Of a DNA stretch of 64,000 nucleotides, positions 51,774 to 62,285 are shown piece after piece (position 1 is the stretch's first letter; every line of letters starts with the position of its first letter). The stretch lies in NCBI RefSeq assembly GCF_032116555.1, contig NZ_CP134949.1, forward strand, positions 2,976,001-3,040,000, written 5' to 3'. The position numbers and the translations under genes were made by a program. Below the pieces are notes generated by a model, which saw only the letters and a list, made by a program, of their open reading frames with translations, was not told the origin of the DNA and did not search any database. The DNA comes from Halorarum halobium. GTDB taxonomy: Archaea; Halobacteriota; Halobacteria; Halobacteriales; Haloferacaceae.

Positions 51774-53033
51774 TTACCGGGACACCGCCTCGTCGTGGTA
51801 CTCGAACTCGGTCCACGGCCCGTCGGCGAAGGGGTACTCGTCGACGACGTCCAGGTCGATCTCCACGCCGAGGCCCGGCTCGTCGGGGAGCGAGAGGTGG
51901 CCGTCCTCGATGGCGGGCGTCCCCTCGATGAGATCGAACGCGACGTCGTTCCGGTACATTCCGGGGTCGGCGTCGGCCGCGAGCAGCGGGTCGTTCTCGA
52001 ACACCGGGTACTCGAGGAGCCGGACGTCGGGTGCTGCCGCGACCAGGTGGGCGTTGGCCAGCAGTCCGAACCACGTCCCGAAGTTGTGGGGAACGAACTC
52101 CGTGTCCCGCCCGCAGCACAGCTCGATGGCCGCCCGACAGCCGCTGAACCCCTCGTGGTGGCGAACGTCGCCCTGGAGAAAGTCGACCGCGCCGGTCTCG
52201 CCGAGTTCGACCAGGCCGGCGGGCGACTCGCTCTCCCCGCCCGCGAGCGGAACGCCCTCCGTCGCCAGCTCGACGTAGCGCTCGTACTGGCCGGGTTCGA
52301 CCGGCTCCTCCACCCAGTAGGCGCCGTGTTCGCCCGCGTGGGTCACGAGGTCCCGGACCGTCTCCGCGTCGTACCCCCGCTCGATCTTCCACCAGGTGTG
52401 GACGTCGAGCATGATCTCGATGTCGTCGACGGCGTCGGCGAGCAGCGAAACGGTCCGTCGGTCCCCATCCGGGCCGATTCCGGGCCGGTACTTGTAGCCG
52501 AAGAACCCGAGTTCCTCCAGCGTCTCGGCCTGTTCGACGTACCCCTCCGGCTCCATGTACATCCCGGCGCTCGCGTAGAGGGGGATCCCCGTCGGCTCAG
52601 GGCCGTCGTGGTCGTCGTACTGCTCGGCGAGCAGTTCGTACACCGGCGCCCCCAGTTGCTTCCCGTGAACGTCGTACAGCGCCACGTCGAGCGCGGAGAT
52701 CGCCTCGGTCTTGACGTGTGCCGGAAGCGACGTCGCCTCGATGAGCGGCCGCACGTCCGCCGGTTCTTCGATCGTTTCGCCCACGAGCGCGTCGGCGATG
52801 TCATCCTCGAGGACGTCGGCGAACGTTCCCTGCGAGTCACCCTCGAAGTACTCGCGCATCGCCGAACTACTGGCCCCCGCGGTCGCGAAACCGCGCTCGC
52901 CGTCGGCCGTCTCGACGACGACGATGACGACGTCGCGCTTGTGAAGCCGGCGGGTTCCGCCGTGGAACTGGCGCTCCTGTGGTGGTTCTATCGGCGACGA
53001 CACTGCATACCCATGGACGTCTCGGATCCGCAT
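51774..53033 (-). CDS. Mandelate racemase/muconate lactonizing (enolase superfamily) enzyme, probable acid-sugar dehydratase
   Basis: SALDVALYD, YASAG, YKYR, LDVH, WVEEP, GGES, PHN, PGLGVE. Confidence 0.9.
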   Translation of the reverse strand: MRIRDVHGYAVSSPIEPPQERQFHGGTRRLHKRDVVIVVVETADGERGFATAGASSSAMREYFEGDSQGTFADVLEDDIADALVGETIEEPADVRPLIEATSLPAHVKTEAISALDVALYDVHGKQLGAPVYELLAEQYDDHDGPEPTGIPLYASAGMYMEPEGYVEQAETLEELGFFGYKYRPGIGPDGDRRTVSLLADAVDDIEIMLDVHTWWKIERGYDAETVRDLVTHAGEHGAYWVEEPVEPGQYERYVELATEGVPLAGGESESPAGLVELGETGAVDFLQGDVRHHEGFSGCRAAIELCCGRDTEFVPHNFGTWFGLLANAHLVAAAPDVRLLEYPVFENDPLLAADADPGMYRNDVAFDLIEGTPAIEDGHLSLPDEPGLGVEIDLDVVDEYPFADGPWTEFEYHDEAVSR

Positions 53034-53115
53034 ACCGGGCCAGGAACTCCAGCAGTCATAAAACTATGGTTGCCCGGCCGGCACGCGGGGGACCCTGACG
53101 GGAACGGACCGCCGA

Positions 53116-54168
53116 TCAGAGTTCGACGCCGTACTCGTCGCCGAGTTCCCGAAGCGTCCCCAGCGTTCCATCGCCCACGGGGACCCCCCCGGCGAGCCGT
53201 CGTTCGCGGGTGCGCGCTTCCGGTTCGCCGGGGAGGAGCACCTCGTCGACGTCGGGTGCGGTTCGGAGGTCCTTGATGCCGTCTCGCATCCGTCGCAGCC
53301 GGTCGGTGAACCGATCCAGTTCGGTGAACGCCTCGACGTCGAGCGCGGCGACGAAGTGGCCGAGCTGCTGTGGAGCGCTCGTGTCGTCGTACATCCCGGA
53401 CACGTCGTCGCCGAACGCGGTGTCCAGCAGGACGCCACAGAACGCGTCGATGACGAGCGCGAGCCCGTACCCCTTCGGTCCGCCCATCGGCCTGAGCGCG
53501 TGGACCGATTCGGGGTCGGTCGTCGGGTTGCCCGCCTCGTCGACGCCCCACTCGGCGGGAATCTCGTCGCCCTCCTCGGCCGCGAGGATCACGTTGCCCT
53601 CCGCGGTGACGCTCGTCGCCATGTCCAGCGTCACGGGGAACCCGTCGCCGTTCGGCAGCCCGAACGAGATCGGGTTCGTCCCGAAGTACGGGTCGGCCGC
53701 CCCGGTCGGGGTGACGCTCGGCCCCGCGTGGGTCATCGAGATGCCGATGTAGCCGCGTTCCGCGGCGTAGTTCGTGTAGTAGGACGCCGTTCCGAAGTGG
53801 CCGCTGTTCTCGACGCCGACGAACGCGCTTCCGGCGTCCTCGGCGCGGTCGATGGCCTCCCGCATCGCTGTGAGCGTCGCCACCTGTCCCGGGCCGCCGT
53901 CGCCGTCGACGACGGCGGCGCCGGCGCCGCGGGACGACACCGTGAGCTCCGGCGAGGGGTTCGTCCCGCCGGCCTCCAGCTGCTCGACGTACGGTTCGAG
54001 GCGGACGACGCCGTGGGTGTCGATGCCCCGGAGGTTCGCGTCGACGACCGTCTCCGCGACGGTGGCCGCGTGGGTCGCCGACAGGCCGGCCCGCCGGAAC
54101 ACGTCCGTCGTGAACGTCCGCAGCCGTTCGTGGTCGATTCGAGCGTCGTCGTCAGTGTGGTTCGTCAT
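53116..54168 (-). CDS. Ldh_2 family oxidoreductase (AllD/ComC/YiaK-like)
   Basis: GIDTHG, SGHFG, GTNPI, LDMATS, GGPKGYGL, LPGE. Confidence 0.92.
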   Translation of the reverse strand: MTNHTDDDARIDHERLRTFTTDVFRRAGLSATHAATVAETVVDANLRGIDTHGVVRLEPYVEQLEAGGTNPSPELTVSSRGAGAAVVDGDGGPGQVATLTAMREAIDRAEDAGSAFVGVENSGHFGTASYYTNYAAERGYIGISMTHAGPSVTPTGAADPYFGTNPISFGLPNGDGFPVTLDMATSVTAEGNVILAAEEGDEIPAEWGVDEAGNPTTDPESVHALRPMGGPKGYGLALVIDAFCGVLLDTAFGDDVSGMYDDTSAPQQLGHFVAALDVEAFTELDRFTDRLRRMRDGIKDLRTAPDVDEVLLPGEPEARTRERRLAGGVPVGDGTLGTLRELGDEYGVEL

Positions 54169-54560
54169 GGGTCGTGTGTTTGTCGTCCGCAGCGAGTGGT
54201 CCGAGCCCGTCCGCCGTCCGCGTCGGTTCGCTCTCCGTCACGCTCGGTGCCCGGGTTCGCGCCCTGGTTCGACGGAGCGTTCCCTCGAACGCTCTGGACT
54301 CGTCGTGACGTAGCGCGGATCGCAGATCGACTTATAGCTAGGGTTCAGTTCGCGGGCGAAGGCGGATCGGCCCCGCTTTCGCCCGGTTCGACCGCGGCGT
54401 GGCGACCGTTCACCCGGAGGGGACGACCCGCACGGCGAGGCGAACACCTAAGTGACAGGTCGCAGTACCCCGGTCCAGCACGCTCGAACGAGCCGGACGC
54501 CCGGAAGCGGGAGGCGTCCGAGTCCGGCGTGCATCCGACCGACGGACAGGGAGCCCCACA

Positions 54561-55829
54561 ATGAGTTCAGGATCCACGTACGAAGCCGAACCGAGCGACA
54601 GACGCGTCACCGACCTCGAAGTGATCCCGGTTGCCCACCGGGAACCCGCCCTCCGGAACTCGTGGGGGGCACACTCGGGCGTCGCCGCGCGGACCATCGT
54701 CCGCGTCACGACCGCCGACGGGGCGGTCGGCGTCGGCGAGACGTACGGCGACCCGAAGATCATCGACGCGCTCGAACGCGCCGCGAGCCTGGTCGAGGGG
54801 ATGAACCCCCACGCACGGAAGCCGCTCGAACTCCGCCTCCAGGACCCGATGACCTACGGCGCCATCGACACCGCGCTGCTGGACCTCGTCGGCAAGGAGT
54901 TCGGCGAACCGGCGTCCACCCTGCTGGGCGGGAAAGTCCGCGACGAGGTGGAGTACTCCGGCTACCTCTTCTACAAGTACGAGGACGAGGAGCCCGAAAC
55001 GGCCCGGATCGCGCCCTACGCCGTCGATTCGCCGGAGACGCTCGTCGAGGAAGCGCGCGAGTTCGTCGACGCGCACGGGTTCTCGACGCTGAAAGTGAAA
55101 GGCGGCGTGCTGGAACCCGACGAGGAGCTCCGGTCGCTCGAACTGCTCGCCGAGGAGTTCGGACACGACACGCCGCTCCGCATCGACCCGAACGGGACCT
55201 GGAGCGTCGAGACCGCCTCGAGAATCGCTCGGCGCGTCGAGCAGTCGGACCTCCGCGTCCAGTTCCTCGAGGACCCGGTTCCGACGATGAACGCGCACGC
55301 CCGCCTGAAGCGGAACACGTCGCTGCCGGTCGCGACCAACATGTACGTCGTCGAGTTCGACCAGCTCGCGCCGGCGGTGCGGACGGACGCCGTCGACGTC
55401 GTGCTCAGCGACCACCACTACTGGGGCGGGCTGACCGGCAACCTCCGGCTCAACGACGTCGCCGAGACGTTCGATCTCGGCGTGGGGATGCACTCGAACT
55501 CGCATCTGGGCGTGAGCATGGCCGCGATGACACACGTCGCGGCCGCGATGTCGAACCTGGGGTACGCCCCCGACACGCACTACCCGTGGATGGCCGACGA
55601 CGTCGTCGCCGACGCCCCGATCGAGTTTGAGGACGGGGCGATCCCCGTGCCCGACGGCCCGGGACTGGGCGTCGAGATCGACGAGTCGAAGCTCGAGCGG
55701 CTGGCCGAGCGCTACGAGGAGACCGACCCCCTCGCGTACTCCGACGTGAGCTCGATGGCCGCCGAGTACGCCGACGCCGAAACCGACGTCGGGCGCTCCG
55801 ATTGGCTTCCGAACAAGCCGCGCTGGTAA
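54561..55829 (+). CDS. gudD: Glucarate dehydratase family protein
   Basis: YLFYK, KVKGG, RIDPN, LEDP, ATNM, SDHHYWGG, GMHSNSHLG, PDTHYPW. Confidence 0.85.
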   Translation: MSSGSTYEAEPSDRRVTDLEVIPVAHREPALRNSWGAHSGVAARTIVRVTTADGAVGVGETYGDPKIIDALERAASLVEGMNPHARKPLELRLQDPMTYGAIDTALLDLVGKEFGEPASTLLGGKVRDEVEYSGYLFYKYEDEEPETARIAPYAVDSPETLVEEAREFVDAHGFSTLKVKGGVLEPDEELRSLELLAEEFGHDTPLRIDPNGTWSVETASRIARRVEQSDLRVQFLEDPVPTMNAHARLKRNTSLPVATNMYVVEFDQLAPAVRTDAVDVVLSDHHYWGGLTGNLRLNDVAETFDLGVGMHSNSHLGVSMAAMTHVAAAMSNLGYAPDTHYPWMADDVVADAPIEFEDGAIPVPDGPGLGVEIDESKLERLAERYEETDPLAYSDVSSMAAEYADAETDVGRSDWLPNKPRW

Positions 55830-56108
55830 CGTCCGCTCGACGACCGCGTTTTCGCTCCGGGCAACCGACACGCTCCCAGGGACGCGAAACGCCCCGAGGG
55901 ATCCGACACGCTCCGCGACATCGGTTTCGTGCTCCCCCACCGGTTCACGGAACGAGTCGGAACGGCGAAGTCGCTCCCCGTGGTTCACGAACGGCCGGAT
56001 TCAGACTGGGTGGAGCTGCGTGAGGAGAGGGACGAACTCGGTGAGTTCAGGGACGGGCGAACTCGGCGATCCGAGCGTGGCTCGAGGCGTCGGCCGGACG
56101 GTTCCGGA

Positions 56109-57608
56109 TCAGTTCTGGCTCAGGATGTTGTCGATCTCCTCCTGGGAGTCGTCGAGTGCCGCCTGCGCGGACTTCTGCTGGAGCCAGACCTGCTGGAGCT
56201 GACTGACCAGCACGTCGTACGTCCGGATCTGGCTCGGCCACAGTTCGACGCGGGCGATCTCGGCGTTCTGTCGGGCCATCTCCCCGTGCCGGGCGTCGGC
56301 CAGCAGCTCCGTGTCCCAGGCGGCCTTGTTCGCCGGATAGTTCCCCTCCTGGTCGTACTCCTGTGCGCTCGCGATGGCGCTCCGGGAGCCGTCCATGAAC
56401 AACATTGCGGCCCGTTTCGTCTCCGCGGGCGCGGCCCGGTTGATCGCCAGGAAATCGGTGTTCATGTAGCTGACCCGGTCGTTGCCCGACGCCTTCGGCG
56501 GGAGCGCGACATCGTACCGGTCCGTGTCGTCGCCCCACTCCTCGTAGGCCAGTTCCATCATCCCCGGCTTCCCGACGTAGCCGGCGAGCCGGCCGCTGAG
56601 GAAGAGGTCGGCGAGTCCGCCCTCCCCGTACTGGGTCACGTTCGGAACGAGCTCCTCCTCGATGAGCTGTCCCTGCCACTCGAGCGCGGCGACGGCCTCG
56701 TCGGAGTTGACGACGACGCGACCGTCGTCCTGGACGAAGCTGCCGCCCCGGGACCACGTCATCAGCAGCCACGGGTAGATGGGGTAGCGGTTCCCCTTGC
56801 CCCACCAGGCGAACCCGAAGTAGTCCTCGCTGTGTGAACTGGCCTCCTCGCAGACCTCGCGGACGTCCGCCCAGGTCGACTCCTGGAGGAAATCGGCCTC
56901 GAACCCGAGCTCCTCGAGGACCCTCGGGCTGTAGTTGAACCAGTGGGCCTCGCTGAGCGCCACGCCGATGTACGTGTGCTCGCCGTCGAGCGACGGGTCG
57001 ACGCCCGTCGTGAGCTGATCCTGGAAGTACGGCGGGAAGAGGTCGTACGCCTCGTCGTTCCAGAGTTCGTCGACCGGTTCCAGCCAGCCCTCCGCGACGA
57101 AGTCCATGAAGAACTCCTGGGAGATCTGCATGAGCGCGGGGTTGTCCGACCCGGCCGACAGGAGCGTCCGCATCTTCGAGACGGCGTTGGCAGACGGCAC
57201 CGTGACCGGCGTGGACTCGATTCCGACCGCCTCCTGGAACTGGTCCTCGAACCACGCCGTCGCGGGGTCGTTCTTCATCGAACCGAGGTTCATCCGTTCG
57301 AAGGCCGAACCGACTTCGCTCTCGTCGTACTCCGGGGGCGTCCAGTCGCTCCCGGTGATACGCTCGGCCACGGGCGCCGGCGAGTTGATGTCGAGACTCC
57401 ACTCGCCGAGGGTCCCGGCCGGCCCCCCGGCGGAGCCGCCGTTCTGGTCGCCCGAACCGCTCCCGCTGTCACCACTACCACCGCCGCCACTGCCGTCCGT
57501 GCCGCCATCGTTCGAACCACCACCCATGCAGCCAGCGACGGCTGCAGCACCTGCGGTGGTCGTGAGACTCAGCATCCATCGACGGGACAGTTTGCTATCT
57601 GGGCCCAT
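56109..57608 (-). CDS. Carbohydrate ABC substrate-binding lipoprotein (Tat)
   Basis: SRRWML signal and VAGC lipobox, Gly/Ser linker, WLEPVD, STWAD; TTTATA box at 57636-57641 on the minus strand. Confidence 0.88.
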   Translation of the reverse strand: MGPDSKLSRRWMLSLTTTAGAAAVAGCMGGGSNDGGTDGSGGGGSGDSGSGSGDQNGGSAGGPAGTLGEWSLDINSPAPVAERITGSDWTPPEYDESEVGSAFERMNLGSMKNDPATAWFEDQFQEAVGIESTPVTVPSANAVSKMRTLLSAGSDNPALMQISQEFFMDFVAEGWLEPVDELWNDEAYDLFPPYFQDQLTTGVDPSLDGEHTYIGVALSEAHWFNYSPRVLEELGFEADFLQESTWADVREVCEEASSHSEDYFGFAWWGKGNRYPIYPWLLMTWSRGGSFVQDDGRVVVNSDEAVAALEWQGQLIEEELVPNVTQYGEGGLADLFLSGRLAGYVGKPGMMELAYEEWGDDTDRYDVALPPKASGNDRVSYMNTDFLAINRAAPAETKRAAMLFMDGSRSAIASAQEYDQEGNYPANKAAWDTELLADARHGEMARQNAEIARVELWPSQIRTYDVLVSQLQQVWLQQKSAQAALDDSQEEIDNILSQN

Positions 57609-58306
57609 ACAACACGGTCAATCATAACCAAATGGTATAAATCTGTCGATAGGGGCGTCTTCGGCGGTCGGATCCCGAGCGGGACGCGAGCACGGGACTC
57701 CAGTTGCGGCCGTCACGCCGCGTCGGACCTGAATCGCCGAGCGCGGAGGGTCCCTTCAAGCCCGAACGGGCTCCTTGATCGTACGTCCCCGACGCGCGCG
57801 TGTCAGTTTCGTCGACGCCGTTCGCCGAATCTAACGCCGAACGTCGCTCGCCGAAACCAGCCGTCCACGAGCGCCGACCGCCCCCTGGCGTTCTTTCCTG
57901 GCGAACAACGGTGGGAGAGCCGCCGAACGCCGGAGGGATTACACGAATACCGGTGTAACGGAGCCTCCCTGAACCGGTGCTGGCGTCGAATTCCCATTAC
58001 AGTGATACTATTGTAATTGTCCGACCGGATTCGGGGAGATCCCCGTCGTCGTTCGGAACCGCCGTCGATCGGGAGCGAAGTGATCGCGTTCGGACGCTTC
58101 TGAAAGTGCCGATACTGAATTCCTGCGTGGCTGAAAGCGACGATTCGTCAGGAAAGAACGAATTTCGTCCGGCGCGGCGGCGGGACCGCGGAGAACGGGC
58201 GGGAGAGCACGGTTCCGCCGGCAGCGGGAGAAATCGGCGCGAAACGGCGGCGAATCGTTCTCCGCTCGAAAACAAGAGTTATGCCGCTCCACGTCAACGT
58301 CTCACT

Positions 58307-59071
58307 ATGACAACTGATGGCTCACGGAAGATCGAAACCGTCCAGAACACGTGTCGGATCATAAACGCCCTGCGGGACTCCGGCGGAAGCGGTATCACGG
58401 AGATCGCAACCAGCCTCGACTTCTCGAAGAGCGCCGTCCACGGCCACCTGGCGACGCTCCGGGACGAGGGGCTCGTGATAAAGAACGGACACACCTACAG
58501 GCTGAGCCTCCGGTTTCTCCAGATCGCCGAGGAAGTGAAAAACCAGATCGCGGACTACAAGATCGTCAAGGAGGAGGTCAACCGCCTCGCCCAGGAGACG
58601 GGTGAAGTCGTCCACTTCGGAACCGAGGAGCAGGGCCGGATCGTCTACCTCTCGAAGGCTCGCGGCGACGTCGCCGTGGAGACCGCATCACGGATCGGCA
58701 ACCGCATGCCGATGCACTCCACCTCGCTCGGCAAGGCGATCCTGGCGGAGCTCCCCCAGGAGCGGTGTGGGGAGATCATCGATCGGTACGAACTGTCCGG
58801 AAAGACGGACAGGACGATCACCACTCCCGAGCGACTCAGGGAGAACCTGGAGGAAACTCGGCAGCGAAGCTACGCGATCGACGACGAGGAGAACATCCGC
58901 GGCGTCCGCTGTATCGGCATGGCGGTCTCGGCACCCGACGCCGGCGTGATGGGAGCGTTGAGCATCTCCGGCCCCTCGAAGCGGATGACCGACGAACGGA
59001 TGGACGAGGAACTCGAGGACAAGATCGCACAGGCGGCCAACGTCATCGAGGTCAATTCACGATACTCCTGA
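58307..59071 (+). CDS. IclR family transcriptional regulator
   Basis: GITEIA...SKSAVHGHLATL, HSTSLGKAILA, YAIDDEE. Confidence 0.93.
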   Translation: MTTDGSRKIETVQNTCRIINALRDSGGSGITEIATSLDFSKSAVHGHLATLRDEGLVIKNGHTYRLSLRFLQIAEEVKNQIADYKIVKEEVNRLAQETGEVVHFGTEEQGRIVYLSKARGDVAVETASRIGNRMPMHSTSLGKAILAELPQERCGEIIDRYELSGKTDRTITTPERLRENLEETRQRSYAIDDEENIRGVRCIGMAVSAPDAGVMGALSISGPSKRMTDERMDEELEDKIAQAANVIEVNSRYS

Positions 59072-59548
59072 CGGTCGGCCGTCCCGCCCGATCTCTTCCT
59101 CCAGACTCTCGCGGGTCGCGTCACACGGTTGGCCACCGGAACGGACTCGTCGGGAAACGAGTCCACCGGAGGAACGAACCTGCCGGGAGAACGAGCCCGC
59201 CATCGTCGAACGATTCCACTGCACGGTCAGTCGGCACCGTGTCGCGGTGCGTAGCCGCAGCGTTGACACACCCAGACCGTTCGATCCGAGTACTCGACCG
59301 ACTGCCGGCAGTTCGGGCAAACGTACTCCATGTGGTGCCGATTTTGTTCGTTGATTAATATACGTTACTACGACGAACTCCGGCGTCCAGCTCGCGGGGT
59401 CGGTGGCCGTCCGAATCGGACTGGGACCCGCCCTGACTGCCGGCGAGAATCCGCCGGCCGGCTCACGCCGTTCTCCGCCAGATAACGCACCGCGTGGCGT
59501 TCGGTCACCAAAACATTAGTAACCCGCGATGGAGAAGGTCGGAACGAC

Positions 59549-61000
59549 ATGGCGAGAGAGTACGGCAACTACGTCAACGGCGAGTGGGTCGATTCGGAAT
59601 CGGGAGAGACGTTCGAGGTGGTGAATCCGGCGAGCACGGACGAAGTGGTCGCCCGGTTCCAGAACTCGACGACGGGCGACGTCGAAACCGCGATCGAGGC
59701 CGCCGTCGGAACGCAGGACCACTGGGCCGACACGCCGGGCCCGGAGCGTGGCGCGCTCTTGAATCGTGCGGGCCAGGCGCTCGACGCACGGTCGGAGGAA
59801 GCGACCGAGGCGCTCGTGCGCGAAGAGGGGAAGACGTGGGCCGAAGCCGCCGGCGAAGTCCAGCGGGCCGTCGACATCTTCGCGTACTACGGGCAGAAGG
59901 CGCGCGACCTCGGCGGCGTGGTCAAATCGCCGAGCGGACGCAGGACGGAACTGTACACGAAGCGCGAACCGCTCGGCACCGTCAGCATCATCACGCCGTG
60001 GAACTACCCGATCGCGATCCCGGCGTGGAAGCTCGCGCCCGCGCTCGCGGCCGGCAACACCGTGGTCGCCAAACCCGCGTCGGAAGCGCCGAACTCGACG
60101 CGAATCATCTTCGAGTGTCTCGACGAGGCCGGCCTGCCCGACGGCGTCGCGAACTACGTGACCGGCCCGGGGAGCGAGGTCGGCGCCCCGCTCGCCGGTC
60201 ACGACGGGATCGACGGCGTCTCGTTCACGGGCAGTACCGCCGTCGGGACGACCGTCGCCCGGGCCGCCGCGACGGACCTCAAACGCGTGCAGTGCGAGAT
60301 GGGCGGGAAGAACCCGACCGTCGTGATGCCGAGCGCCGACGTCGAGGAAGCCGTCAAGATACTCGGCGTCGGCGCGTTCGGCACGACCGGGCAGTCCTGT
60401 ACCGCGGCCTCGCGCGCCATCGTCCACGAGCAGGTGTACGACGAGTTCGTCGAGGCGATGGTGGAGTACGCTGACGCGATCGAGGTCGGTTCCGGCCTCG
60501 AGAACCCCGACGTCGGTCCGCACGTCTCCCAGGGGGAAGTCGAATCGACGCTCGAGTACGTCGATCACGGACGGGATGAGGGCGCGACCCTGGAGACCGG
60601 CGGCGAGCGGCTCACTGACGGCGAGTACGCGGACGGGTACTACGTCCGGCCCGCCGTCTTCTCCGACGTCGACAACGACATGCGGATCGCACAGGAGGAG
60701 ATCTTCGGCCCGGTGCTGTCGGTCATCGAAGCCAGCGACTTCGAGGACGCCCTCGAGCTGGCCAACGACGTCGAGTACGGCCTCTCGGCGAGCATCGTCA
60801 CCCAGGACCTGACCGAGGCCGACGAGTTCCTCGACGGGATCGAGGCCGGCGTCGCGAAGGTCAACGAAAAGACGACCGGGCTCGAACTCCACGTCCCGTT
60901 CGGCGGCTACAAGCAGTCCTCGACGAACACCTACCGCGAACAGGGCGACGCGGGGCTCGACTTCTTCACCTCCACGAAGACGGTCTACCGGAACTACTGA
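59549..61000 (+). CDS. Aldehyde dehydrogenase (2,5-dioxopentanoate/KGSA dehydrogenase-like)
   Basis: ITPWNYP, FTGS, EMGGKN, GQSCTA, EEIFGP, PFGGYK. Confidence 0.92.
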   Translation: MAREYGNYVNGEWVDSESGETFEVVNPASTDEVVARFQNSTTGDVETAIEAAVGTQDHWADTPGPERGALLNRAGQALDARSEEATEALVREEGKTWAEAAGEVQRAVDIFAYYGQKARDLGGVVKSPSGRRTELYTKREPLGTVSIITPWNYPIAIPAWKLAPALAAGNTVVAKPASEAPNSTRIIFECLDEAGLPDGVANYVTGPGSEVGAPLAGHDGIDGVSFTGSTAVGTTVARAAATDLKRVQCEMGGKNPTVVMPSADVEEAVKILGVGAFGTTGQSCTAASRAIVHEQVYDEFVEAMVEYADAIEVGSGLENPDVGPHVSQGEVESTLEYVDHGRDEGATLETGGERLTDGEYADGYYVRPAVFSDVDNDMRIAQEEIFGPVLSVIEASDFEDALELANDVEYGLSASIVTQDLTEADEFLDGIEAGVAKVNEKTTGLELHVPFGGYKQSSTNTYREQGDAGLDFFTSTKTVYRNY

Positions 61001-61202
61001 GACCGGCGCGTTCCGCCCTTCCCGTCGGCGACCGCCGCGCTTTCTCGGACTGTGGCCGATCCTCGTCGGACTCCCTTCGGCGGGCTGTGTAGTTCTCGCG
61101 CGGACGGGAGCGGCCGACGGGTCGGACCACGTCGAACGGGCCCGCGTCGAACGCTTTGCTTCGTGAGGTAGTTTTATAACTATTGAATTCTTCTTTCGGG
61201 TG

Positions 61203-62141
61203 ATGCCGAGAGCAGGTGACGAGGTTAAGGAGCGTCTGCGAGGCGTCGCAGCCGGGCTCCTTACACCGTTTGACAAAAACGGCGACGTCGAATACTGGAA
61301 GATCGAGGAGAACGCGAGTTCGCTGTACGACAGCGGCCTGCGTTCGTTCCTCGCGGCCGCAAACATCAGCGAGTACCACTCGCTGACACAGGAGGAGCGC
61401 GTGGGGGTGACGGAGGCGAGCCTCGACGGGCTCCCCTCAGACGCCTGTGTGCTCGCCGGGGTCGGCGGCAGCACGGAGGACGCCGTGAAGCTGATTCGCG
61501 CGTACGACCGCCTCGGCGCCGACGCGCACATGATCATGCCGCCCGACCACACGTACGTCCACGAACAGGGCCTGCTGGACTACTTCGAGGACCTCGCGTC
61601 GGTCACGGACACGCCGTTCGCACCGTACATCCGGGCGTTCGATCCGTCGGTCGAGTTCCTGGCCAGCCTCACGCGAGTCGAGAACGTCGTCGGGATCAAG
61701 TACGCGATCGAGGACCCCGTCAAACTCGGCGCGGCGATCGCCGCCGGCTCCGACGACGTGGTCTGGGTCGACGGGCTCGCGGAGCCGTACGCGGTCAGTT
61801 ACTGGGGCGAGGGCATCGAAGGGTTCTCCGCGGGCGTCAGTAACTTCCGCCCCGAAGTCGGCCTCGAACTGTTCGACGCGCTCACCGCGGAGAACTGGGA
61901 GCGCGCCCGGGAGCTCCGGAACATCTGTCTCCCGTACCAGGAGTTCCGCGACAGGACCGGGCAGAACAACACGCTCGGGGGTGCGGTCAGCGTCCCGGCG
62001 GTCAAGAAGGGACTCGAACTCGCCGGACTCCACGGCGGGAACGTCCGGAAGCCGATTCGGCCGCTCTCGGCCGAGGACGAGGCCGAAGCCGAAGCGATCT
62101 ACCGGGAACTGGACGACGACATCAGTCGCCTCGTCGGGTAA
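61203..62141 (+). CDS. DHDPS/NAL family lyase (possible 5-dehydro-4-deoxyglucarate dehydratase-like)
   Basis: LTPF, SEYHSLTQEER, GIKY (Schiff-base lysine); TTTTATAA at 61172-61179. Confidence 0.85.
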   Translation: MPRAGDEVKERLRGVAAGLLTPFDKNGDVEYWKIEENASSLYDSGLRSFLAAANISEYHSLTQEERVGVTEASLDGLPSDACVLAGVGGSTEDAVKLIRAYDRLGADAHMIMPPDHTYVHEQGLLDYFEDLASVTDTPFAPYIRAFDPSVEFLASLTRVENVVGIKYAIEDPVKLGAAIAAGSDDVVWVDGLAEPYAVSYWGEGIEGFSAGVSNFRPEVGLELFDALTAENWERARELRNICLPYQEFRDRTGQNNTLGGAVSVPAVKKGLELAGLHGGNVRKPIRPLSAEDEAEAEAIYRELDDDISRLVG

Positions 62142-62285
62142 CGCGGTTCGAGCGCGTCGGAGCGACGCGGACGGGCAGCGTCGAGGGCCGGGACCGTGAT
62201 TCTCACGGCGCTCTTTTTCAGCGTCCACGACGGGGACGTGTACGGCCGATCGGACGCCGGCGGAAGGCGCTCGGGCGGCGGGTCG

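Noticed and set aside
50532..53276. 914-aa plus-strand ORF, and many other long ORFs antisense to called genes (e.g. 22117-23820, 59516-61552, 48198-49847)
   Set aside because: Shadow frames caused by high GC and codon bias; they lie opposite genes with clear family motifs and have none of their own.
57420..57530. Low-complexity GGC/CCG repeats
   Set aside because: They encode the Gly/Ser linker after the lipobox of the SBP and are not a repeat element.
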